Origin: an uncultured delta proteobacterium
GTDB lineage: Bacteria; Desulfobacterota; WTBG01; CAIYCZ01; CAIRTM01
Direction of reading: 5' to 3'
Assembly (NCBI GenBank): GCA_963804955.1
Contig: CAWDSQ010000027.1
Span: 1 to 52,208, forward strand
Length of the DNA: 52,208 bases
Within the stretch, counting starts at the first letter, position 1; each line of letters begins with the position of its first letter. This document shows positions 21,340 to 33,045 of this stretch, one piece after another. The notes under the pieces are model-generated. The model was not told the origin of the DNA and searched no databases. It saw nothing but the letters and a program-made list of their open reading frames with translations. Both the position numbers and the translations under genes were made by a program.

Positions 21340-21957
21340 ATGGAATTTGCGGACCTGCTCAGGGACAGCGCGCATCCCGAGCTTTTACTGAGCAGCCATG
21401 GATATTCCTACATAGCAGGTGTTGATGAGGCCGGCAGGGGTCCCCTTGCCGGCCCTGTTATTGCCGCAGCCGTCATTTTCCCGAAAGATTTTACCTGTGC
21501 CGATATCCGGGACTCGAAAACGCTTTCCGCGGCAAAGCGCGAGAAACTTTTTCTGAGCATTCAAAAATATGCCCTTGCCTGGAACTGGGCATACTCCCCT
21601 GCCGATGAAATAGACCGCGTCAATATTCTTCAGGCCAGTCTCCTTGCCATGAAACGCGCTGTCGAGAGACTGCCCCTTGCGCCGGATTACACGGTTATTG
21701 ACGGACCGCACCGTATTCCGGCCGAAATCCCTCAGGCAGCCATTATCGACGGCGACGCCAAGAGCCTTCCCGTATCAGCAGCATCCATTATGGCTAAAGT
21801 TGTGCGCGATTCTATCATGAAAAAGTACCACATGCTCTACCCGCACTATAATTTTGCCGGTAACAAGGGCTACGGCACCCGTGAACATATTCGTGCGCTT
21901 GAGCAGCACGGCTGCTGCCCTATACACCGCAGAACATTCAACAGGGTGCCCCGATGA
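21340..21957 (+). CDS. rnhB: Ribonuclease HII
   Basis: GVDEAGRGPLAGPV, DSK, AASIMAKV, KGYGT. Confidence 0.97.
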   Translation: MEFADLLRDSAHPELLLSSHGYSYIAGVDEAGRGPLAGPVIAAAVIFPKDFTCADIRDSKTLSAAKREKLFLSIQKYALAWNWAYSPADEIDRVNILQASLLAMKRAVERLPLAPDYTVIDGPHRIPAEIPQAAIIDGDAKSLPVSAASIMAKVVRDSIMKKYHMLYPHYNFAGNKGYGTREHIRALEQHGCCPIHRRTFNRVPR

Positions 21958-22346
21958 CACCCGCCGACGCTCATGACCGGCAGCGGAAGAACCTTGGCGT
22001 CCGGGGCGAGGACATGGCCGTTGATTTTCTGGAAAAGAAGGGGTATACAATCCTGTGCAGAAACTACCGGTGCCGGTCCGGGGAGATTGATATTATCGCC
22101 CGTAAAAAGAAAATCCTCTGTTTTATCGAGGTAAAAGCCAGGAGCACCAGGGCCTTCGGTACGCCGCAGGAGGCGGTAACGCCCCGCAAGCAGCATAAGA
22201 TCGGCCGTGTCGCCCTTGATTTTCTACAGCGCCACAAGCTCGAAAACAACCCCGCGCGGTTTGATGTTGTGGCAGTGGATTTTTCCTGCGGCGACGGGGT
22301 GATAGAGTTTATTGAAAACGCTTTCGAGCTTGCCGGATCGCCGTGA
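21954..22346 (+). CDS. yraN: YraN family (UPF0102) nuclease
   Basis: GEIDIIA, FIEVKAR, RFDVVAV. Confidence 0.93.
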   Translation: MTPADAHDRQRKNLGVRGEDMAVDFLEKKGYTILCRNYRCRSGEIDIIARKKKILCFIEVKARSTRAFGTPQEAVTPRKQHKIGRVALDFLQRHKLENNPARFDVVAVDFSCGDGVIEFIENAFELAGSP

Positions 22347-22418
22347 CCGCATGCCCGGACAGAACAGGCCACCTGCAGCGCTCTGATTTCGTCTCAGTAT
22401 CGTACGGGAGATCGTCTC

Positions 22419-24434
22419 ATTAAAAAATTCATCATTATTTTTTTTCTTACAGCTCTTTTTTTTCTCCCCGCTCTGACTGTGGTCGGGCTGTATTTTTATT
22501 TCAGCCATGACCTGCCGCGGATAGAATCGCTCAAAGATTATTCCCCTGCCCTTGTCACCGAGGTGTATGCAAGCGGCGGAGAGCTTATAGCAGAGTTTTC
22601 CGTCGAAAAGCGCTATATGATCAGCATGTCTGACATGGCGCCTGTTTTTATCAAGGCGATTCTGGCCGCAGAGGATGACAAGTTTTTCGAGCATAAGGGC
22701 ATCGATATATGGGGCATTTTCAGGGCGGCGCTCAAAAATATCCGTTCTTTTGAGATAAAGCAGGGCGGCAGCACCATCACGCAGCAGATCATCAAGTCGC
22801 TGCTGCTCACGTCTGAGCGCAAGTTTTCCAGAAAAATCAAGGAAGCGATTCTTGCCACCCGTATCGAGCAGTACCTGACCAAGCAGGACATACTCACCCT
22901 CTATCTCAACCAGATTTATTTCGGCCGCGGCGCCTATGGTATCGAGGCTGCATCGCGCGTCTATTTCGGCAAATCGGCCCTGCACTTGACCCTGCCGGAG
23001 GCTGCCTTTCTAGCCGGCTTGCCCAAAGCCCCGAGCTATTCGCGCAATATGGACAAGGCTCTGGAGCGCTGGCGCTATGTGCTCGGCCGCATGCAGGAGC
23101 TGGGCTATATCAAGCCCGAGGAACGGGAAGCCGCGGATAAAAATCCGCTTGCTTTCATTCCGGCTCCCACCGATACCAGCACGATTCTCAGTGCCCCGTA
23201 TTTCGCAGAACATGTCCGCAGGGAGATTGAACAGAAATACGGCGCAGACACGCTGTATAAGGGAGGCCTTAAGATTGAAACCACGGTTGATCTGCGACTT
23301 CAGCAGGCAGCCGAAGGCTCGGTACAGCGGGGTATTGAAGCTTATGACAAACGTGCAGGAAAGAAAAATGCGGCGTCAACCGTTCAGTCGGCCCTGCTGT
23401 GCATGGATCCGTATACCGGGTATATCAGGGCACTTGTCGGCGGGCGCGATTTTCACGCAAACCAGTTCAACCGGGCTGTGCAGGCGCAGCGGCAGCCCGG
23501 CTCGGCCTTCAAACCCGTCATTTACGCAGCCGCTCTGGACAAGGGCTATACGCCCGCTACCGTATTTATTGATGCGCCGCTGGTTTTTGAGGCTGCCGGC
23601 CCGGGTATTTTCTGGGAGCCCCAGAATTATGATCGGACCTTCACCGGCCCCCTGACGCTGCGCAAGGCCCTTACCCAGTCGCGCAATATCGTGACGGTGA
23701 AAATTCTCAAGTATATAGGGGCCGACTATGTAATCGATTATGCCAAAAACCTGGGGATGAGCGGTGAATTCACCCCGACGCTTTCCCTGTCGCTGGGCAC
23801 CTGCGGCGTATCGCTCATGAATCTTGTGCGGGCATATGCCGTATTCTGTGCTCAGGGCGTAGCCTCCGAGCCCATCTTTATAACGCGCATTCTCAGCCGT
23901 GACGGCACGGTACTGGAAGACAACCGGCCCCGTCTTGCCCAGGCCATAAGCCCCGAGACAGCCTTTCTTATTACCAGTATGCTGCAAAGCGTTGTCGAAG
24001 AAGGCACGGGAAAGAAAGTGCGTGCCCTGAACCGGCCCTGCGCAGGCAAGACCGGTACGACAAATGACGTGCGCGATGCATGGTTCATCGGGTTTACGCC
24101 GCAGCTTGTGGCGGGCGTCTGGCTCGGCTTTGATGACTTGAGCCCTTTGGGAAAACATGAGACAGGGGCTGTGGCTGCAAGCCCTGTATGGCTTGACTTC
24201 ATGCAGCAGGCGCTGCAAAATGAGCCCGTTCAGACGTTCAAGGTGCCGGAGGGCATTATCTATGTGAAGGTGAATCCGAAAACCGGTTTGCCGCCGGCTT
24301 CAGGTGAAAGCGGGATTTTTGAGTGCTTCAGGGATGGCACTGCGCCGGGCATGGACCGGCAGGGCGCGGCTGCAACGGACAATGAAAGCGGGCTTTCCCC
24401 GGAAACCGAGACTCTTCCGAATTTTGAGCAGTAA
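22419..24434 (+). CDS. mrcA: Penicillin-binding protein 1A (class A); start uncertain
   Basis: EDDKF, GGSTITQQ, RKIKE, YLNQIYFG; SAFK, SRN and KTG transpeptidase motifs. The TM anchor lies in frame upstream of the called GTG. Confidence 0.9.
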   Translation: MKKFIIIFFLTALFFLPALTVVGLYFYFSHDLPRIESLKDYSPALVTEVYASGGELIAEFSVEKRYMISMSDMAPVFIKAILAAEDDKFFEHKGIDIWGIFRAALKNIRSFEIKQGGSTITQQIIKSLLLTSERKFSRKIKEAILATRIEQYLTKQDILTLYLNQIYFGRGAYGIEAASRVYFGKSALHLTLPEAAFLAGLPKAPSYSRNMDKALERWRYVLGRMQELGYIKPEEREAADKNPLAFIPAPTDTSTILSAPYFAEHVRREIEQKYGADTLYKGGLKIETTVDLRLQQAAEGSVQRGIEAYDKRAGKKNAASTVQSALLCMDPYTGYIRALVGGRDFHANQFNRAVQAQRQPGSAFKPVIYAAALDKGYTPATVFIDAPLVFEAAGPGIFWEPQNYDRTFTGPLTLRKALTQSRNIVTVKILKYIGADYVIDYAKNLGMSGEFTPTLSLSLGTCGVSLMNLVRAYAVFCAQGVASEPIFITRILSRDGTVLEDNRPRLAQAISPETAFLITSMLQSVVEEGTGKKVRALNRPCAGKTGTTNDVRDAWFIGFTPQLVAGVWLGFDDLSPLGKHETGAVAASPVWLDFMQQALQNEPVQTFKVPEGIIYVKVNPKTGLPPASGESGIFECFRDGTAPGMDRQGAAATDNESGLSPETETLPNFEQ

Positions 24435-24460
24435 AGCATAAGCCGTGTGCAACGGATTTT

Positions 24461-24718
24461 TCAAGCATCTCCCGCAGCCCGTTTTTTGACCACAACCCAC
24501 ATGATCTGAGATTCGTCGATAGCGCCGTAGCGTGATTTCAGCGCTTCAAGCTTGAATGCTTTTTTAGCTTCTATGGCTTCGTCGTTTTCCCGAATGCTGC
24601 CGTCAGGCAGGCGCGTGACTTCGATGGTTTGAAGATTTTCGCTTTTAGGGATATTGGAAAATGGCTTGGCGGAAAGAATATTTTCGAGCTTTCCTCTTTT
24701 GATCATTCGCAGCAGCAC
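24461..24718 (-). CDS. Hypothetical protein, 85 aa
   Basis: GGGAGA RBS 6 nt before GTG. Confidence 0.55.
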   Translation of the reverse strand: MLLRMIKRGKLENILSAKPFSNIPKSENLQTIEVTRLPDGSIRENDEAIEAKKAFKLEALKSRYGAIDESQIMWVVVKKRAAGDA

Positions 24719-24776
24719 AGAAATTCTCCCTTGCAGTGGTCTGTTCAGAAGTCAAAAACACGTACTGTTAGCATTG

Positions 24777-24820
24777 TTGTCTTCAGGAGCCATCGCCATG
24801 GCGATGGCTCCTGAAGACAA
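24777..24820. repeat. Perfect 44-bp palindrome
   Basis: ttgtcttcaggagccatcgcca|tggcgatggctcctgaagacaa. Confidence 0.95.
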
Positions 24821-24950
24821 TCAAATCAGCCTACAGGTTGTACATGAAAAATGCCTAAAAGGGCAAGTCTTTTTGCAGCAGTGAGCTAGACGCGGGAATA
24901 GGTCTCAACCTATCATTCCGCACCGGCATTCCCGAAGGCAACCGGCCAAT

Positions 24951-24988
24951 AAAAAAACTCTCCCGGCCGGAAGGGCGCGGGAGAGTTT
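24951..24988 (-). terminator. Intrinsic terminator
   Basis: aaaaaaactctcccg...cgggagagttt just after the minus-strand stop at 25009. Confidence 0.7.
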
Positions 24989-25008
24989 GTGCTGTACGCC
25001 TGCTCTAC

Positions 25009-25453
25009 TCAGTTTTTGATGCCGATGAAAAAAGCCTTGCCATCTGTTGTATTTTTGTCGAGAAATTCATATTCAGTATAGGTTATATCCATAGTCCCGA
25101 ATAAAATAATGTCGACAATGTTCAGTCCCTTGATGTCAAACTCATAGGTATCGAGCCCATCGAACGGCCTCATATTGTGCATCAAAGCTGAGTCCGCTGG
25201 CGCTGAATTCGCCATCGCCGAGAAAGCCTCCAAAATCCTCCTCGAAACTTTCAATCCCGAAATCACCGCTATCAAATATAAAGGTATCGGTTTTTATTTT
25301 TCCCTGATCGCAGAAGTCTCCCAAATCTTCGCTGCACAGAATATACACATTATATTCATTGCCGGAAAGGTCAAGGGCTCTCGCCGCATGGGCCTGGGCG
25401 TTGAAAAAAACAAATCCTGAGATCATGAATGTGAAAAGCAATAATTTTTTCAT
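25009..25453 (-). CDS. Secreted acidic hypothetical protein (frameshift near 25165)
   Basis: Signal peptide, AAGGAG RBS; two ORFs join. Confidence 0.65.
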
Positions 25454-25543
25454 CTCTTTACTCTCCTTGCATGTATTGGTAGTTTTATCGTTTGCTTATT
25501 TAAACACATTCTACTGATCTCGGTTTCATGCATGATGCCTGCT

Positions 25544-25912
25544 TCAGCCTGTGAGGGCATACACACCGTAGATAAAAAGTATCAGATCTGCAAACCAGCA
25601 GAGTTTTATACAGACAATCAGGGAAAAAAACAATTCTCTGCGGCCCATGAGGCGGACAAATACAGCTGCCAGAAAGGCAGCCCAGACGGCAACACCCAGC
25701 GTTATAGCCCAGATGATGGCTCCATTTGATCCGATGCCAATGGCCAGGGACTGGCATCCCGGGTTGGGGATGACGGTGCTGAAAAAATTAATGAGCATTC
25801 CCGCACCCATGATCCACAGGGCTTCTTTCTGCCGCACCCCGCGGCAGGCAAGAGCTGCTCCGCAGAGAAAGAGCATGTACGCTACTATATAGAATATATC
25901 ATATGGCGACAT
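25544..25912 (-). CDS. Small membrane protein
   Basis: Four hydrophobic segments. Confidence 0.65.
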   Translation of the reverse strand: MSPYDIFYIVAYMLFLCGAALACRGVRQKEALWIMGAGMLINFFSTVIPNPGCQSLAIGIGSNGAIIWAITLGVAVWAAFLAAVFVRLMGRRELFFSLIVCIKLCWFADLILFIYGVYALTG

Positions 25913-26019
25913 GGCATGAGCATATATACGTTGTACGTAGAACTAGCATACTTGCCGGAAGGAATCAATAAAAAGCCCTCCGCGCGCAACTTTGCGGTGA
26001 GCCTGATGCAGGCAGCCAT

Positions 26020-26047
26020 AAAAAAAGGCTGCTTCGCGCAGCCTTTA
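26020..26047 (-). terminator. Terminator after cheX
   Basis: aaaaaaaggctgc-ttcgc-gcagccttt. Confidence 0.75.
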
Positions 26048-26073
26048 ATCATCAGAGTATGTGCAGTGCGGCA

Positions 26074-26556
26074 TTATTTAACGCGGACGCCTTCCATGCA
26101 GAGCCCGAGCATAAACGAGCCCTTCTCTATGGTAAAGGGAACAATCATAAGAGGCCTTTTTTCCGACCCGTCCATGGTCATGTCTCTTCCGGAAATAACA
26201 CTTGGCAGGGATGCCTGCAGTTTGATCCCCATAGACGACAGGGCCTGACGCGATTGCCCGGAGATCATGTTGGCTATTTCGCCGGCGGCCTCCTTCACCT
26301 CGTTGACGATTGTTGTATACTCTTCTCCGAGCATGTTGGACACGATCTGGATGATGCTGCTTTCGGAAAACCCTATGGCCAGAAACCCCTTTATGTTTTC
26401 ATCTTCATTGGACAGGCCGACAACGCCCACCACTTCCCCCAGGGGCATGCAGGTGTCCCAGAGTGCCGGCTCTCCCACAGTCGGCTTGATAAAGGCCATT
26501 GTTTCGAGCACTTTTAAAGTAGCATCGACAAAGGGTTTTGTAATTCGTGCGTCCAT
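26074..26556 (-). CDS. cheX: Chemotaxis phosphatase CheX
   Basis: GEIANMISG, PSVISG motifs. Confidence 0.92.
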   Translation of the reverse strand: MDARITKPFVDATLKVLETMAFIKPTVGEPALWDTCMPLGEVVGVVGLSNEDENIKGFLAIGFSESSIIQIVSNMLGEEYTTIVNEVKEAAGEIANMISGQSRQALSSMGIKLQASLPSVISGRDMTMDGSEKRPLMIVPFTIEKGSFMLGLCMEGVRVK

Positions 26557-26607
26557 ACCTCTAACCTTTCGTACTAAGACTCATTGCGCATACGTATTGC
26601 GAAAACC

Positions 26608-26910
26608 TTATGGTTTAGGAATGTATTTCCAGAGGGAAACATCCAGCGGCTCCGCAAGCAGCTCATCGGAGCGGTTGATAAATGCCTGTACATGAGGCTG
26701 CTGCAAATGGGTTGAGAGAGCCTCGCGGTTGTCCCATGTCTCGATGAACATAAACCGGCCAGGATTATCGGGCCTGGCAAACAAGTCGTAGGATATGCAT
26801 CCCGGCTCGTTCTGCGTCGGCCGGATCAGACCGGTAAGCACCTGTTCAAGCTCCGGTTCTTTCCCGGCTCGTGCCTGTATGTTCGCGATGACGGTAATTT
26901 TTTCTGACAT
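26608..26910 (-). CDS. ABM-family (putative quinol) monooxygenase
   Basis: EPGCISYDL, FMFIETW, HLQQPH. Confidence 0.88.
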   Translation of the reverse strand: MSEKITVIANIQARAGKEPELEQVLTGLIRPTQNEPGCISYDLFARPDNPGRFMFIETWDNREALSTHLQQPHVQAFINRSDELLAEPLDVSLWKYIPKP

Positions 26911-27019
26911 GTGCAACTTCTCGCATATCTTCGATTTTTTATCAACAGCATTCGAAAAATAAAAAATTTTTCTGTCTTTTAAAGGGGATGCAGAGCGGTT
27001 TTTCGGCGAACCGGAATGC

Positions 27020-28343
27020 CTATGGCAGACCCGGGCTCAACTGCTTTTCCGAAGGGAGTGCTTTGATGGCGTTCAAACCGGCGCGAGCTGTTCGCACTGG
27101 AACCTCCTGCCGTGATGAAACATCGGCATCAGGCGCAGCCCCCCGTGAAGCAACCATGCCGCCTGTGTCACCAAAGGTCTTCCCGGGCGGTATTGTTTTA
27201 AAGCTTTTTTCCCCGTCACAGGCCGGCTGCATATGCCGGGCAACAGATCCTGCCGGAATATTTATGGAATACCCGGACGGAATGGTCAGCCGGCCAGCCC
27301 AGGCTTTTTTTGAATACCCCGGATTAAGCTCCCGCAGGCGGGACAGCTCCAAGCCCCAAATTTTTGCGAGGGCCGGGAGCGTTGAAGGTTTTTTTACTCT
27401 GTGCTGAACTACATGGTGCCGGCTGGAAGGCGAATAGCCCTGAAAATAGGCCCCGGGATTTTCCATGATTTCTACCACTGCAAGAAATTCAGGATAAAAA
27501 TTCTTTGAGGCAAATTGAAAGCGGGGATGCTGATACTTTCTCCGAACGTTCATATAGTTGCCCCCGCAGCGCTCAACAGCAAGGGCCATGCCGCCAAGGC
27601 CATAGTTATAGGCTGTCAGTGCAAGGCCCCAGTCGCCGAGCTCGTCATAGTTCATCTTGAGAAGGGATGCAGCCGCTTCGGAGGCAACAAGAGGGTCATA
27701 GCGCTCATCAATAATAGCATTCATTTTAAGCGAAAGCGTTTTGGCCGTAGGCTTCATGAACTGCCACATGCCGGCAGCCCCTGCTTTTGATCGCGCCGTG
27801 AGGTTAAACGATGATTCAACATGGGGTAAATAGGCGAGGCCTTCAGGCAGACCCTTGCTGCGAAAAATTTTTTTTATCGCGGGGATATATGCCGTGGAGC
27901 GCTGCATTCCCTGGTAAAAGCGGTTGGCGATGCCACGCTGCGCCCTGATGCGCGACGCACACAGCTTCACGCGCTGCGGAGCAGCCGAGGCGCCGAAAAG
28001 CTGCCGCAGCTGTTTCTCCTGCGCTGTCAGCTCCCTGCCTGCCGCCATGGTGTCGGCAAGGCGGCGAAGGGCATTCTCAACTTCATATCGGGCCGCTGTC
28101 AAACGCTGTTCGCGCCTGAAGTCGCTTTCGTCCGGGCGGTAGGTGATTGTTTTGTAGATAAGAGAGAGATCCTCGGGGTCGTGCAGAACAACGCTGTCAT
28201 CGCTGTATTTTGTAAAGATGTCCTTCCAGAAACGGATTTCCGTACGCAGAGTGGTCCCGGTACGGCCACAGATCGGCAGCAGCAGCCGTCAGGGGTAAGA
28301 AATATATCGTCAAAGCAAAAATGGCGCAAAGCATTAAGGGCAT
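27020..28343 (-). CDS. MltD-like lytic transglycosylase with LysM-like domain (frameshift near 28240)
   Basis: PHVESSF, AAGMWQFM, AYNYG; upstream IRFWKDIFTKY..VVLHD and a signal peptide from ATG 28343. Confidence 0.8.
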
Positions 28344-28590
28344 GGCAATCTCTCAGTGTGGCTGACAGTACAAAACAAACTATATTTTCTCTAATAAGTA
28401 GAATACCAAAGGACTGGTAAAAAATCAAAGTAAACTTATCGAGATGCTGTTTTTAGAAGCGCTACATGTGAAAAAAATGCTTTACTCGGGAGCTGTAACT
28501 ACGGATATAAAATTTTTGCTTACTTAGAGGTATTATGGTATTTTTATAAATATATTTCAATACAACACATTAAGGTCATGGAGAGGCGCT

Positions 28591-30583
28591 ATGAAACTGG
28601 GGCTCCGGGGTAAATTTTTATCAACAACCATCGCACTCATTCTTTTGGGTACGCTGCTGAGTGCAGGGATATCATTCTTTCTTGCCCAGCGCATGCTGCG
28701 GCAAATCATCGAGAAGCAGCTTCTGCAGCAGTCGGCATCCACCATGGAGTATGTTTCTTCATTTATTGAAAATCGCAGCCAGGACGTCAAGCTCTGGTCA
28801 AAGCAATCCGCTATACTTCAGGCCACAGGCTTAATAGTTGAATCCGGCAATGCTGATTCCGGCGACGCAACCGGCAGCATGCTGCTTGCCAGGGAAGGAT
28901 ATGAAACAATAAAAAGCTATCAGGAAGCGCATCCCTATTTTGAAGAAATAGGCCTTGCCCTTCCAACAGGCGATGTGGTGATCTCCTCTCTTTTTGAAGC
29001 AGAGAAAACACAAAAAACCGGCAAAACGATCAAGGAGAAAGATTATTTCCAAAAGGCGCTTGCCGGAGACGTTGTTGTATCGGATGTTTTTCTGAACGAG
29101 TCCGGCAAGCCCATGCTGGTTATCGCTTCGCCGGTTAAAAACGGCAGCGATCTTGCGGGGGTTCTGTACGGCACTGTCAATGTGACCTATTTTACCGAGA
29201 AATTCATTGAGCCTATAAAGATCGGCGAAAGCGGCTATGTGTTTCTGTTCAACCGCGAGGGCACTGGTCATTTCCCACCCGGACAAGTCAAAGATCATGA
29301 AGTTCAACATGAAGAGCGTCGAGTATGGCCGGCATATGGTTGAGCAGGGCGAAGGCATACTTGAATACAGCGAGGACGGCGATGCGCGGATGGCGTCGTT
29401 CAAGCAGGACAAAAATCTCGGGTGGTCGATTGTGGCGGTTGCCAATGTGTATGAGCAGATGGCTCCGGTCAGAACGCTTTTGCAGTTTAATTTCGGGTCT
29501 GCCATTATTGTTCTGATCATAGCCATAGGAGCGATCATCTTTCTGGGTTCGTGGGTGAGCGGGCCGATAAGAAACATTTCGGAGTCTCTGGATCAGGTGG
29601 CAGAGCAGGTGTCCAATGCCGCTACGCAGATTTCCCAGTCAAGCCAGGTGCTTGCCCAGGGCGCCTCGGAACAGGCATCATCCATTGAGGAGACCTCGGC
29701 TTCACTGGAAGAGCTTGCCTCGATGGCCAATCACAATGCCGACAATGCGCAGCAGGCAAGCATTCTTTCAAACGAAGCGAGACAGGCTGCGGCAAACGGA
29801 ACCTCGGCCATGGACAGCCTGATGACAGCCATGAGCGGCATCAATCAAAGCAGCCAGGAAGTGGCAAAGGTGGCAAAGGGCATAGAGGAGATCGCATTTC
29901 AGACCAACCTGCTGGCGCTGAATGCCGCGGTTGAAGCGGCACGGGCCGGTGAGGCTGGCCGGGGTTTTGCCGTGGTTGCCGAGGAGGTGCGCAACCTTGC
30001 GCAACGGGCATCGGAACATGCCAAAACAACCAGCACCCTGATCACCGAGAGCCGCAACCGCAGCGGCCAGGGAACGCGCCAGGCCGGAGAGGTCAACAAG
30101 GAGCTGCAGCAGATTTTTCAGGGGGTTGAAAAAGTTGTGGGCCTGGTGACGGAGATATCCGCTGCAAGCAAGGAGCAGGCTCAGGGCATCGACCAGATCA
30201 ACAAGGCCGTGAACAGCATGGATCAGGTTGTGCAGCAGAATTCGGCAAGCTCGGAGGAGTCGGCCTCTGCCAGCCAGCAGCTGTCGGCGCAGGCCTTTCA
30301 CATGAAAGCCCTGGTGCGCGATCTGGCTGAGAAGGTTTCTGGCGCAGCCACTGATGTGGAAAGGGCAACAGACCGGCGGAAGGGAGCTGGTGGGGCCTAT
30401 GATGACGAAGCGATATGGGAGCATCGGAGCCAGAAGACCCTTGACGCTCAACGGGAGCAGGCCTATAAACCGGGTCGCCAGACGCATGAAGCCCTGCCGC
30501 CGTCGGCGCACGCTGCACGGGCTTCCGGTGTGCGGCCCGAGGAAATCATTCCCTTTGATGATGATGATTTGAAGGATTTTTAA
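28591..30583 (+). CDS. Methyl-accepting chemotaxis protein with dCache-type sensor, copy 1 (+1 insertion at 29264)
   Basis: [34 protein letters not shown]; two TM segments; C-terminal DLKDF. Confidence 0.93.
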
Positions 30584-30608
30584 ATTCAGAAAGCCGGCAA
30601 TCACAGGA

Positions 30609-30640
30609 GCGGGCCGGCAAACGGCTCCGCCCCTTTTTTT
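30609..30640 (+). terminator. Terminator, duplicated after copy 2 (~33071-33101)
   Basis: gcgggccg...cggctccgc followed by a T-run. Confidence 0.65.
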
Positions 30641-31063
30641 GCGTCCGAACCGGTCTTTTTGACCCGCTCTAATAAATGATTCGCAAAGCGAGACAAGGTT
30701 TGTATAAAATAAGCGGGCATAGCTGTTTTCCCATGGCTCTGTGCTATATTTATACTGGCATTTCAGTATAAATTCATACTTTACATCTTGCACGAAAGCA
30801 GTCGGTTGTGATTTTGGGAATACAGGTTTTTAAAAAAAGAGCTTCAAAATCCACTTCTGTGTTTTTTTAACCCTTTGCAGGACGCCACAACTCAATTAAA
30901 AGTGTTTATTTAAAATTGCCCTGTGTCCGATAAGCTGAGAGTGGAAATTCATTCCCCTCTTTTTAATCATATATCGGGGCATTACCGGCTTATATATTAT
31001 AGGTAACATGATTTATTTATCGGCATATTTCAATATCACACATTAAGGTCATGGAGAGGCGCT

Positions 31064-33045
31064 ATGAAACTGGGGCTCCGGGGTAAATTTTTATCAACAA
31101 CCATCGCACTCATTCTTTTGGGCACGCTGCTGAGTGCCGGGATATCATTCTTTCTTGCCCAGCGCATGCTGCGGCAAATCATCGAGAAGCAGCTTCTGCA
31201 GCAGTCGGCATCCACCACGGAGTATATTGCCTCATTTATTGAAAACCGCCGTCAGGATATCATGCTCTGGGCGGAGCAGTCAGTTGCTGTCCAGGCCCTA
31301 GCCTTAGCGGACGAAAGAGGCGGTACCGATACCGGGAGCGCAGTTTTTATCAATGAAGCAAATGAAACTCTCAAAAGCTACCAGAAAGCCCATCCGTATT
31401 TTGAAGAAATAGGCCATCGCCATTCCAACAGGCGATGTGCTGACTACGTCCCTCGTGAAGGTGTCCGCTGGACATGACCACGGGCAAAACGATCAATGAC
31501 AAGAGTTATTTCCAAAAAGCGCTTAGCGGCGCCGTTGTTGTGTCGGATGTTTTTCTGAACGAGTCCGGCAAGCCCATGCTGGTTATCGCTTCGCCGGTTA
31601 AAAACGGGAACGACGTTGTCGGGGTTCTGTACGGCGCTGTCAATGTGACCTATTTTACCGAGAAATTCATTGAGCCTATAAAGATCGGCGAAAGCGGCTA
31701 TGTGTTTCTGTTCAACCGCGAGGGCATGGTCATTTCCCACCCGGACAAGTCAAAGATCATGAAGTTCAACATGAAGAGCGTCGAGTATGGCCGGCATATG
31801 GTTGAGCAGGGCGAAGGCATACTTGAATACAGCGAGGACGGCGATGCGCGGATGGCGTCGTTCAAGCAGGACAAAAATCTCGGGTGGTCGATTGTGGCGG
31901 TTGCCAATGTGTATGAGCAGATGGCTCCGGTCAGAACGCTTTTGCAGTTTAATTTCGGGTCTGCCATTATTGTTCTGATCATAGCCATAGGAGCGATCAT
32001 CTTTCTGGGTTCGTGGGTGAGCGGGCCGATAAGAAACATTTCGGAGTCTCTGGATCAGGTGGCAGAGCAGGTGTCCAATGCCGCTACGCAGATTTCCCAG
32101 TCAAGCCAGGTGCTTGCCCAGGGCGCCTCGGAACAGGCATCATCCATTGAGGAGACCTCGGCTTCACTGGAAGAGCTTGCCTCGATGGCCAATCACAATG
32201 CCGACAATGCGCAGCAGGCAAGCATTCTTTCAAACGAAGCGAGACAGGCTGCGGCAAACGGAACCTCGGCCATGGACAGCCTGATGACAGCCATGAGCGG
32301 CATCAATCAAAGCAGCCAGGAAGTGGCAAAGGTGGCAAAGGGCATAGAGGAGATCGCATTTCAGACCAACCTGCTGGCGCTGAATGCCGCGGTTGAAGCG
32401 GCACGGGCCGGTGAGGCTGGCCGGGGTTTTGCCGTGGTTGCCGAGGAGGTGCGCAACCTTGCGCAACGGGCATCGGAACATGCCAAAACAACCAGCACCC
32501 TGATCACCGAGAGCCGCAACCGCAGCGGCCAGGGAACGCGCCAGGCCGGAGAGGTCAACAAGGAGCTGCAGCAGATTTTTCAGGGGGTTGAAAAAGTTGT
32601 GGGCCTGGTGACGGAGATATCCGCTGCAAGCAAGGAGCAGGCTCAGGGCATCGACCAGATCAACAAGGCCGTGAACAGCATGGATCAGGTTGTGCAGCAG
32701 AATTCGGCAAGCTCGGAGGAGTCGGCCTCTGCCAGCCAGCAGCTGTCGGCGCAGGCCTTTCACATGAAAGCCCTGGTGCGCGATCTGGCTGAGAAGGTTT
32801 CTGGCGCAGCCACTGATGTGGAAAGGGCAACAGACCGGCGGAAGGGAGCTGGTGGGGCCTATGATGACGAAGCGATATGGGAGCATCGGAGCCAGAAGAC
32901 CCTTGACGCTCAACGGGAGCAGGCCTATAAACCGGGTCGCCAGACGCATGAAGCCCTGCCGCCGTCGGCGCACGCTGCACGGGCTTCCGGTGTGCGGCCC
33001 GAGGAAATCATTCCCTTTGATGATGATGATTTGAAGGATTTTTAA
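31064..33045 (+). CDS. Methyl-accepting chemotaxis protein, copy 2 (net +2 frameshift at ~31415-31470)
   Basis: Near-identical to copy 1 outside the sensor segment. Confidence 0.93.

Noticed and set aside
28745..31545. MCP variable region as a DGR target/template pair
   Set aside because: Differences include indels and all substitution types, not adenine-specific ones, and there is no reverse transcriptase.
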